Assembly: GCA_019744845.1 (NCBI GenBank)
Contig: JAIETW010000001.1
Location: 482,859-546,858, forward strand
Direction of reading: 5' to 3'
DNA: 64,000 bases
DNA from: Patescibacteria group bacterium
Lineage (GTDB): Bacteria; Patescibacteriota; Minisyncoccia; Phycocordibacterales; Phycocordibacteraceae
Shown: positions 8,610-16,412 of the stretch, in pieces
How the letters are laid out: every line of letters starts with the position of its first letter
How positions within the stretch are numbered: position 1 is the stretch's first letter
Program-made: the position numbers and the translations under genes
The notes under the pieces: generated by a model
The model's database searches: none
What the model was told of the DNA's origin: nothing
Seen by the model: the letters and a program-made list of their open reading frames with translations, nothing else

Positions 8610-10697
8610 CTAGTCCTCCTCCTCAATCTCCGGAAGCACCGCATTAAGCGCGCCGATCGGATACTCCCAGTGACTGTACTGTGCGTCTCGCCTTGAATTA
8701 CCACCTCCAAGTGGACTGTCTTTGTTTACCCAGTGGAGAATATCGTGCACACCGTCATCTCCTATATACATACCGCGAAGGGCAGGAGGTGCGTTCTCAG
8801 GAATACCACGGGGCTCACCAAAGAATTCCTTAGGACGCTTGGTAAGGGCGATGTCCATGAATGCGCGCCACATAGGAGCAACCACGTAGCCTGCAGTCTC
8901 GTGCACCATTGGAGTGTTGTCGTTATTTCCTGCCCATACACCCACTACGATTGAAGGGGTGTATCCCACGGTCCAGGTATCACGGTATTCGTTGGTGGTA
9001 CCGGTCTTAGCGGCCACATCAAAGCCAGGAATGTTGAATGGGTTGTTTGGCTGGTATGCAGGGAAGCGCGCTTCGTTACTAGAAAGCATTGAAGAGATAT
9101 CACGTGCCACGCCCGCATCAAGCACCTGCTCACCAAGGGGAGGAGTGTATTCCTCAAGCACCGTGCCTTTGTTGTCGGTGACCTTAAGCACAGAGACAGC
9201 AGGGACGCGCACGCCATTGTTCGCAAACACGCCGTACGCGCTCGTAAGCTCTAGAAGCTTCACCTCTCCCGCTCCAAGCGCAAGAGAGAGTCCGTATGAG
9301 CCCGCGCTTCCAAGTGTTGAAATACCCATCTGACTTGCGAGTGCGATCGTTTCGTTAATACCCGCAAGGTAGAGCACCTTTACGGCAGGAATGTTGATGG
9401 ACTGTGCGAGCGCAGAGGTGAAGGTCATTGGACCACGGAACTTGTTGTCGTAGTTTCCTGGGGCGTAGCATGGATAGACGGCATTGTAATTATCCGCAGG
9501 ACTGCAGGCAGTAGAGAACTGCGTCGGCATATCAAAGATGATGGTGCTTGGGGTGTAGCCCTTAAGAAGTGCTGCTGCGTACGCAAATGGCTTAAAGGAA
9601 GAACCTGGCTGACGATTCGCGATCGTGGCGTTGTAGCTACCATCAATCTCCTGGTTGAAGTAGTCACGAGATCCGACCATGGTGAGGATCTCTCCAGTCT
9701 TTGGATCTAGAGACACAAGCGCCGCATTGCTTGCGTTGAACCGTGTTTCGTTCTCAGTCGCATAGTCGTGCACAATCTTCTCTGCCTCGTGCTGGAGCTC
9801 TGCGTCAATGGTGGTGATGACCGAAAGGCCCTCTTCCACAACCGCAGGACCATATTTCTCCTCAAGATATTCACGCACGTAGAAGACAAAGTGTGGCGCG
9901 ATGATTGAAGAGTTTGGCTGCGCGCTAAAGGTGACGACTTCAGCAAGCGCGGCCTGGTACTCTTCCTCGTTCAAATACCCAACCTTCTTCATGCGCTCAA
10001 GCACCAGGTTCTTACGTGCCTCAAGTGCCTCACGATTGTTTCCGTATGGAGAGAAGCGGGTAGGGGACTGTGGAAGTGCGGCAAGGTACGCAGCTTCTCC
10101 AATCGTCAGGTCCTTAGAAGACTTTCCAAAGAAGGCACGACTTGCAGACTCGACACCGTAGAGGGTTCCTCCGAATGGTGCGTTATTCAAATAGAGCTCA
10201 AGGATTTCATCCTTGGTGAAGCGCTGCTCAAGCTTAAGCGCGAGCACCCACTCATGGACCTTACGAATCACGCTCTTCTCACCGGTAAGAAGCGTCATCT
10301 TCACCACCTGCTGCGTAATGGTGGACCCACCCTGACTAAATGAGCCGGTAGAAATGTTTGCCAATACGGCACGAAGGAATGAAATAGGGCGCACGCCAAT
10401 GTGGTTGTAGAACTGGTCGTCCTCAATCGCAATCACTGCCTCCTGCACGTTCTTAGACATGCTTTCAAGCGGCACGATGTTACGACGCACGTCGGTATTG
10501 AGGTCGTAGAGCACTGTCTCACCCGTACGGTCGTAGATCTTCGTAGACTGCTCTACCTTCCTATAGGAAAGGGAGTTTAAGTCTGGCACTGGGGTAAGTG
10601 CAATAAAGATGAGAAGGAGGCCTCCCATAAGAAGGCCGATGCCAAGTGCGACCGCAAAGCGCTCGGTAATAGGGTGCAGTTTCTTTCTGCGCTTCAT
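8610..10697 (-). CDS. Class A penicillin-binding protein (transglycosylase/transpeptidase, PBP1A family)
   Basis: EDDQFYNH, GGSTITQQVVK, SSFK, SIN and KTG motifs. Confidence 0.95.
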   Translation of the reverse strand: MKRRKKLHPITERFAVALGIGLLMGGLLLIFIALTPVPDLNSLSYRKVEQSTKIYDRTGETVLYDLNTDVRRNIVPLESMSKNVQEAVIAIEDDQFYNHIGVRPISFLRAVLANISTGSFSQGGSTITQQVVKMTLLTGEKSVIRKVHEWVLALKLEQRFTKDEILELYLNNAPFGGTLYGVESASRAFFGKSSKDLTIGEAAYLAALPQSPTRFSPYGNNREALEARKNLVLERMKKVGYLNEEEYQAALAEVVTFSAQPNSSIIAPHFVFYVREYLEEKYGPAVVEEGLSVITTIDAELQHEAEKIVHDYATENETRFNASNAALVSLDPKTGEILTMVGSRDYFNQEIDGSYNATIANRQPGSSFKPFAYAAALLKGYTPSTIIFDMPTQFSTACSPADNYNAVYPCYAPGNYDNKFRGPMTFTSALAQSINIPAVKVLYLAGINETIALASQMGISTLGSAGSYGLSLALGAGEVKLLELTSAYGVFANNGVRVPAVSVLKVTDNKGTVLEEYTPPLGEQVLDAGVARDISSMLSSNEARFPAYQPNNPFNIPGFDVAAKTGTTNEYRDTWTVGYTPSIVVGVWAGNNDNTPMVHETAGYVVAPMWRAFMDIALTKRPKEFFGEPRGIPENAPPALRGMYIGDDGVHDILHWVNKDSPLGGGNSRRDAQYSHWEYPIGALNAVLPEIEEED

Positions 10698-10722
10698 GGG
10701 AAGAATGCTACCACGGAAACGA

Positions 10723-10747
10723 AAAAGCCCGCGCGGTGCGGGCTTTT
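10723..10747 (-). terminator. Intrinsic terminator downstream of the acidic microprotein (possibly bidirectional)
   Basis: AAAAGCCCGC-N5-GCGGGCTTTT hairpin. Confidence 0.8.
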
Positions 10748-10756
10748 ATGAGGTGA

Positions 10757-10900
10757 TTAGAAAGAATCTTCCTCGTCTTCCTCTACTACTGCAAGAGGGT
10801 CATCAAGATCCTCGTCGAGGTCGTCGTCTTCCAAGTCCTCGTCCGTGTCTTCATCAGGCACGTCAAGAACATCATCATCCTTCATTGCATCGTCGTCCAT
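10757..10900 (-). CDS. Unannotated 47-aa highly acidic microprotein
   Basis: Manual translation MDDDAMKDDDVLDVPDEDTDEDLEDDDLDEDLDDPLAVVEEDEEDSF; terminator immediately downstream. Confidence 0.7.
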   Translation of the reverse strand: MDDDAMKDDDVLDVPDEDTDEDLEDDDLDEDLDDPLAVVEEDEEDSF

Positions 10901-10989
10901 GCGTCTATAAATTAGTCTTCGTATGCCCCGCGCGGCGGAGTGCCTCTATTTGACCAGAACGTGCCCAACCCCGCAACAGGGGACAACGC

Positions 10990-11463
10990 CTACTGGGGAA
11001 AACGACCAGAGAGTGCAGTAATCCCAATTGCAATCGCGTCCAGCTCATCGTCTAAGCGCTTCTTTTCAGGAAGCTTTATAAGGAGGGGAATCATCCGGGC
11101 GATCGCTTTCTTGTCTGCGGCGCCATGGCCGGTCACCGCAAGCTTTATCGTGCCCGGCGCAAACTCTACGATAGGGAGAGAGGCTGCTCCAGCAACGGAG
11201 AGAATTGCCCCACGCGCTTCTGCGACCATGAGGGCAGACTTCTTATTCACACTGAAGAATAGTTTCTCAAGCGCGAGCACTTCAGGGGAATACTTCTCAA
11301 TTGATTCCTCAACCGCGGTGCGCACTGCCGCAAGGCGTGCCTCGTGCGCTCCTTTTGGCGGAGTTACACAATCACTCCACACGAGTATCGGCTTACTCGC
11401 CGTTCCTTCAAGAATGGCAATGCCCAGGCGATCGTACCCAGGATCAATCGCCAGTATTCTCAT
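10990..11463 (-). CDS. ruvC: Holliday junction resolvase RuvC
   Basis: MRILAIDPG, ALEKLFF, AEARG, DDELDAIAI; start reassigned to 11463. Confidence 0.95.
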   Translation of the reverse strand: MRILAIDPGYDRLGIAILEGTASKPILVWSDCVTPPKGAHEARLAAVRTAVEESIEKYSPEVLALEKLFFSVNKKSALMVAEARGAILSVAGAASLPIVEFAPGTIKLAVTGHGAADKKAIARMIPLLIKLPEKKRLDDELDAIAIGITALSGRFPQ

Positions 11464-12001
11464 AGCCTTCACCGTTGGTGAACACCTCTTGTACGTCATC
11501 CTGCTCGTCTAGTAGTGAAAGGATCTCTCCGAGTTTCTCTTCGTCACCTTCAGCAACCGGCATCTTAGGGTCGTTCGCAATATAACGACCATCAGGAGTC
11601 TTCGTAAATGCCCATGCGGCGCTTCCTGGAGTCCCAAGTTCATACCCATTCTTTGAAAGAAGATGTTTGATCTCCTGTGTGGTGCGGTTCTTGCTGTCGG
11701 TGACAGCAACCGCAATGATGGCAATGCCACCAGGACCGTAAAACTCATACGCGACCTGTTCCAACTCACCACCATCCTTGCTTGCCCCCTTGGTAACGGC
11801 GCGATCAATGTTGTCTTTCGGCATATTGGCTGCCTTGGCGCGCGCAATGATTGCGGCGAGCGTCGGAGAAGAGACATTGCCGCCTACTTTCTTAGACTCA
11901 AGGGCGAGCTCACGCGCGAAGCGAGAGAATACACGGCTCCGTGCCGCATCCGTCACAGCCTTCGCGCGCTTTATCTGTGCCCATTTACTGTGTCCTGCCA
12001 T
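11444..12001 (-). CDS. yebC: YebC/PmpR family protein (short form)
   Basis: MAGHSKWAQIKR, NMPKDNIDRA, YEFYGPGG; lies upstream of ruvC. Confidence 0.93.
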   Translation of the reverse strand: MAGHSKWAQIKRAKAVTDAARSRVFSRFARELALESKKVGGNVSSPTLAAIIARAKAANMPKDNIDRAVTKGASKDGGELEQVAYEFYGPGGIAIIAVAVTDSKNRTTQEIKHLLSKNGYELGTPGSAAWAFTKTPDGRYIANDPKMPVAEGDEEKLGEILSLLDEQDDVQEVFTNGEGYENTGD

Positions 12002-12049
12002 GATGCCTACTATAGCAAAACCTTTAGGTTCCTGTGCTACGCTTCGGGC

Positions 12050-12580
12050 ATGGTTAAAGGTACTCCCGAGTTTCCTGAAAGCGGCGGCAACACTTCAAAA
12101 GCTGACCTCAGTACGCTTGAAGGGTTTTCTCGACTTTCTCCCGCGCAGCAGGCAATGCTCCGTATGCTCCAGGGGCCACACGCAGAACAGGGTCTGGTGA
12201 ACTGCCACCTCGCCGTCTTTTATGTAGAACGCGGTGCGTCTGAAGCAGGAGACGAAGGACGACATAAAGAACTCCGGGACTTCCAGCTTCTCGGGTATGA
12301 GATTTCACAAGACCCTACATTGGACGCACTCACCAAACAGATCACGAAGACTGGATTCCCCTGCATCGTGGCGCCAAGTACGGTGTATGACGAAGCGCAG
12401 CCACCGGAACCCGTACACACCTTCATTGCATTCAAAAACAAACAGGGAGAGATCGTACTGTGGGAGAAGTCAGGATTTGATGGAGGATACCAAACGAGAA
12501 CACTTCCTGAAGTGTATGCGGCGTATCAAACAGGAACCGACCAGGTGTTCTGGCGCACGAGAAAACTTAAGACGCGTTAG
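12050..12580 (+). CDS. Hypothetical protein, possible papain-like Cys-His fold
   Basis: Start reassigned to ATG 12050 (TGCTACGCT -10 upstream); NCH...VHTF...WEK motifs. Confidence 0.6.
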   Translation: MVKGTPEFPESGGNTSKADLSTLEGFSRLSPAQQAMLRMLQGPHAEQGLVNCHLAVFYVERGASEAGDEGRHKELRDFQLLGYEISQDPTLDALTKQITKTGFPCIVAPSTVYDEAQPPEPVHTFIAFKNKQGEIVLWEKSGFDGGYQTRTLPEVYAAYQTGTDQVFWRTRKLKTR

Positions 12581-13565
12581 CGAGATACGCTTCTCCCTTA
12601 TCGGTGAGCATGCGTCCCCGAGGAGAGCGCTCAATGTAGCCAAGACGAAGCAGGTACGGTTCGTACACGTTCTCTAGCGTGTCGGGATCTTCATGGAGTG
12701 CAGAAGCAAGGGCACGGATACCTGCAGGTCCTCCTTTGAACCCAGTGGCAAGCGTCTCCAGGTAGCGCTTATCATCTTTGGTAAGCCCCAGCTCATCTAT
12801 GCCGAACATCTGGCAGGCGAGGTCACACACCTCAGGCGTAATGTCTTTCTCGTGTACTTCTGCGTAGTCACGGACGCGTTTTAAGAGTGCGTTTGCCACA
12901 CGAGGGGTGGCACGACTGCGGCTCGCAATCTTTTCTACCACCGCATCTGATGCAGAGAGGTTAAGCACACGAAGAGAGCGCTTAATGATGGAGCGTAGAT
13001 CTTCATCAGAGTAAAAATCTAGCTGATATACACCACCACCGAAGCGAGAGCGAAGCGGACCAGAGATATGGGAGACGCGAGTCGTTGCGCCGACGAGTGT
13101 GAAACGAGGAAGGGGAAGCTCTACGGTACGGGCAGACGGCCCCTTACCAAGCACGATATCAAGCGTCCCCGATTCAAGCGCAGGATACAAAAGTTCTTCC
13201 ACTTTGCTTCCAAGCTGATGAATTTCATCAATGAAAAGAATGGAACCCGGCTCAAGGTTGGTGAGAATGGCCGCAAGATCTCCTGCGCGTTCAATTGCGA
13301 CTCCTGAAGTGCTACGAATTGGTGCTTCAAGCGTGAGTGCAACCAAATGTGCGAGTGTGGTCTTTCCCACTCCCGGTGGACCATAGAACAAAAGATGCTC
13401 TGGCATGTCGCCACGTTTCTTTGCGGCATCAAGTACCACTTTTACGTTCGCTTTTACGTGTCCCTGACCCTCATATTCGTCCCAAATAGTGGGACGGAGC
13501 GCCGCATCAAGCGCTTGATCGCGTACGGGCTCTTCTTTAATGGGGTCTAGGGGGGTACTTGACAT
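12567..13565 (-). CDS. ruvB: Holliday junction branch migration helicase RuvB
   Basis: LRP, GPPGVGKTT, FIDEIH, GATTR and EPYL motifs. Confidence 0.97.
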   Translation of the reverse strand: MSSTPLDPIKEEPVRDQALDAALRPTIWDEYEGQGHVKANVKVVLDAAKKRGDMPEHLLFYGPPGVGKTTLAHLVALTLEAPIRSTSGVAIERAGDLAAILTNLEPGSILFIDEIHQLGSKVEELLYPALESGTLDIVLGKGPSARTVELPLPRFTLVGATTRVSHISGPLRSRFGGGVYQLDFYSDEDLRSIIKRSLRVLNLSASDAVVEKIASRSRATPRVANALLKRVRDYAEVHEKDITPEVCDLACQMFGIDELGLTKDDKRYLETLATGFKGGPAGIRALASALHEDPDTLENVYEPYLLRLGYIERSPRGRMLTDKGEAYLANAS

Positions 13566-13591
13566 AGAAGGGAGGGTATGCTAGGATACCA

Positions 13592-13804
13592 TTATACCTC
13601 AGTGAGTTTGAGGTCGGAACCTTCGGGTTCTTTTTCTTTGCAATTGAATCGTGCGCACCACCCTCTAGGCAAGGTCTGACGGCTTAGGGCGTCTCCCCAA
13701 GGATCTTCTGGTATCCACCTCGTTGTGGAAGTGCTGGTAGCCTCCTCAGGCGTTTCGTTCACTTTCTCTTTATTGAGAAGGAGTGCCTGGAGGGTAGTGC
13801 ACAT
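13592..13804 (-). CDS. Small hypothetical protein
   Basis: ORF with AGGAG upstream; divergent from 13851. Confidence 0.4.
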   Translation of the reverse strand: MCTTLQALLLNKEKVNETPEEATSTSTTRWIPEDPWGDALSRQTLPRGWCARFNCKEKEPEGSDLKLTEV

Positions 13805-13850
13805 GATTCTCCTTCTATACCCGGCTTCCCAAGCCGGGTATACTTTTTAT

Positions 13851-14267
13851 ATGAAGAGTATTGATGCGCCGGCATCTGTGGAGTCTCGTCCCGAAGGGCC
13901 ACTTAGAACCTCCTTAAAGCTTGGGCATCTTATAGATGATGCAGCCACAACGGTTGGGATTCCTCATGTAGAGGTTGGAATGACGAATGAGCGCGCTATT
14001 GAAACAGCTGTCGAGAAACTCGTGCAAGAAGGTGTGGTCCTCGACGTTTACCAAGCGCCACATCCGCAAAAAGGACGAGAGGGAAAGCGGTACGCCTTGT
14101 CTGCACAATCCATTGTTGCAGAACGGGTCATTGATAGATTTTTTGAGGCGAAGCACGCACCAGATTTACACAAGCGCCATGGGCCCATCATTGATCCGGA
14201 CGGAACACTGAAAACACGGTGGCTCGCGGAATTTACTGAGCTTGCAAAAACGGATCGTTACTCCTAG
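13851..14267 (+). CDS. Hypothetical protein
   Basis: Start reassigned to ATG 13851, 6 nt after TATACT. Confidence 0.6.
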   Translation: MKSIDAPASVESRPEGPLRTSLKLGHLIDDAATTVGIPHVEVGMTNERAIETAVEKLVQEGVVLDVYQAPHPQKGREGKRYALSAQSIVAERVIDRFFEAKHAPDLHKRHGPIIDPDGTLKTRWLAEFTELAKTDRYS

Positions 14268-15928
14268 GTCGGAAGATCTACGACGCGACGAAGTTCTTCA
14301 ATCGTAGTCTTTCCTTCAAGTACTTTCAAAATGCCGTCCTGGGCAAGAGTGGGGAAGCCCTGACGAAGCACATGCTTTGCGATGTCGCCTTCAGACGGAT
14401 TGGTGCGAAGGAACTCGCCAAGCTCTTCATCCATGAAAATGGCCTCGTGTATTCCCATACGCCCTTTGTATCCGCTGCCACCTTCTTCGTCTGCTACTGC
14501 GTCATACACAGTGTCCATAGAGGCAGGAAGAAGAGAGCGATCGGTAAGAGTAGAGAGTACCTTCTCCATCATTTTCTTTTCTTCATCAGTTGCAGGACGT
14601 GCTTTCTTATTCGCATCAAGCGTACGTACCAAGCGCTGTGCCATAGACACTGTCACTGAAGACGCAAAGAGTTTTGGATCCACCTTCAAGTCCACAAGAC
14701 GAGGGAAGGTGCCTGCGGCATTGTTCGTGTGGAGCGTGGAGAATACAAAGTGTCCGGTAAGCGCGGCCTGAATGGCCGTCTCTGCCACCTCTGCATCGCG
14801 GATTTCTCCCACCATGATCACGTCCGGGTCCTGACGAAGTACAGAGCGAAGTCCTGAGGCGAAGGTGTAGTCCTTTCCCGTCTGTGTCTGCACAATGCCC
14901 TGGAGGTGGTATTCAATCGGATCTTCAATCGTCACGATCTTAATTTCTGGCGTATGTATTTCCTTCAAGAACGTGTACAAACTGGTGGTTTTACCAGACC
15001 CCGTCGGACCGGTGTTAAGAAGCATGCCGGTGGGGCGGCGAATTTCCGTTGCAAGACGAGACAAAAGTTTTGGGTGAATGCCAAGGTCGTTGAATGATTT
15101 ATTGATTGCACGCGGGTCAAGAATACGAAGCACGATAGACTCACCATAGTTTCCTGGGATCACTGAAGTACGAACCTCAATCTGGGACTCGTTCATTACC
15201 ACTGTGAAGCGACCGTCTTGTGCGCGGTTTACCACGTTCAACTTCAAACCAGAAAGAAGTTTAATACGAGAGTTAAGCAAGCGGTGCACGCGGTGCTCAA
15301 AGGAGAACGTGTCAGTCAACATACCGTCAAGACGAAGGCGGAAGCGCACGTCTGCTTCCTCAGGCTCTAGGTGGATGTCAGACGCCTTCATCACAAAGGC
15401 TGCTGCAAGCATCGCTTCAAACACTTTTGATACCTGGGAACCTTTTTTCTCCGCAAGCGTTTTGGTGAGATTGGCGCGGAGAGCGGCGAGGCTCGTGAGT
15501 TCTGCTGAAAGGGCCACCAGCTCATCACCTGAAATATCAAAGCTTCCGACCGCACTCTCGCTCGCAAAGGAAAGATCCGCATAACGCGCATAACCTTTGT
15601 TGAGGCTCTTCGTAGAGACGAGGAACTTGGTGAGAATGTAGCCCTGGGCTTCTAGGTCGGCGAGTACCGCGGGAAGGGACGGGTTACCAGGGTTATGCAT
15701 CGCGACTGACACTTGCTTGGCAACCTTGGAGAAGGCCACTACCTCTGCCTCGCGTGCGGTGTCCTCAGGGATAAGGCGGAGAGCGTCCACATCAATAGGT
15801 ACGACGCCGAGGTCGGTATACGTAAGTCCGTACTTGCTGGAGAGTACCTCGGCGAGGTCCTCTTCTTCTTTCTCACGGAGAAGCGCAAGCTTTGCGTCCT
15901 CTGCGCCTACGTCAAATTTATTGGCCAT
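14264..15928 (-). CDS. pilB: Type IV pilus assembly ATPase, PilB/GspE family
   Basis: ASDIHLEP, QDGRF, GPTGSGKTT, TIEDPIE, LRQDPD, STLHTN. Confidence 0.92.
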   Translation of the reverse strand: MANKFDVGAEDAKLALLREKEEEDLAEVLSSKYGLTYTDLGVVPIDVDALRLIPEDTAREAEVVAFSKVAKQVSVAMHNPGNPSLPAVLADLEAQGYILTKFLVSTKSLNKGYARYADLSFASESAVGSFDISGDELVALSAELTSLAALRANLTKTLAEKKGSQVSKVFEAMLAAAFVMKASDIHLEPEEADVRFRLRLDGMLTDTFSFEHRVHRLLNSRIKLLSGLKLNVVNRAQDGRFTVVMNESQIEVRTSVIPGNYGESIVLRILDPRAINKSFNDLGIHPKLLSRLATEIRRPTGMLLNTGPTGSGKTTSLYTFLKEIHTPEIKIVTIEDPIEYHLQGIVQTQTGKDYTFASGLRSVLRQDPDVIMVGEIRDAEVAETAIQAALTGHFVFSTLHTNNAAGTFPRLVDLKVDPKLFASSVTVSMAQRLVRTLDANKKARPATDEEKKMMEKVLSTLTDRSLLPASMDTVYDAVADEEGGSGYKGRMGIHEAIFMDEELGEFLRTNPSEGDIAKHVLRQGFPTLAQDGILKVLEGKTTIEELRRVVDLPT

Positions 15929-15974
15929 GACTCCTTATAGTATCGCGCGGGAGCGTTGTTGGTACAATGGGGAG

Positions 15975-16412
15975 ATGCAGAACGTTGTGGCAACCATTCC
16001 CGATCTAGAACGCGAGGCAGAGGCATTTATGGCACGCCTTGCTCCTGAAGCGAATCGCGCAACCCTCATAACCCTCTCAGGAGAGCTCGGGGCAGGGAAA
16101 ACCTCTTTCACCAAAGCACTCGCCAAGGCCTATGGCGTGAGTGAGAGCGTGACGAGCCCCACTTTTGTCCTAGAAAAGGTCTACGCACTTCCTGCTGCGA
16201 CCGGCTTTGCACACCTGATCCACATTGATGCATACCGTTTAAAGAATGGTGAGGAACTCAAGGTGCTTGGATGGGTAGAGATTATGAAAGAAAAAGGAAA
16301 CTTGATTTTGCTTGAGTGGCCGGAGAATGTGAAAGATGCGCTCCCGGCCCCTTCAGTCGCGATTCGTCTTGAACCACACGCAGACGGAAGCCGTACCATC
16401 ACCTATGCCTAA
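15975..16412 (+). CDS. tsaE: tRNA threonylcarbamoyladenosine biosynthesis ATPase TsaE
   Basis: GELGAGKT, VTSPTF, HIDAYRL, LEWPE; start reassigned to 15975. Confidence 0.95.
   Translation: MQNVVATIPDLEREAEAFMARLAPEANRATLITLSGELGAGKTSFTKALAKAYGVSESVTSPTFVLEKVYALPAATGFAHLIHIDAYRLKNGEELKVLGWVEIMKEKGNLILLEWPENVKDALPAPSVAIRLEPHADGSRTITYA

Noticed and set aside
10609-10953. Arg/His-rich plus-strand ORF
   Set aside because: Antisense shadow of the acidic microprotein and the PBP start
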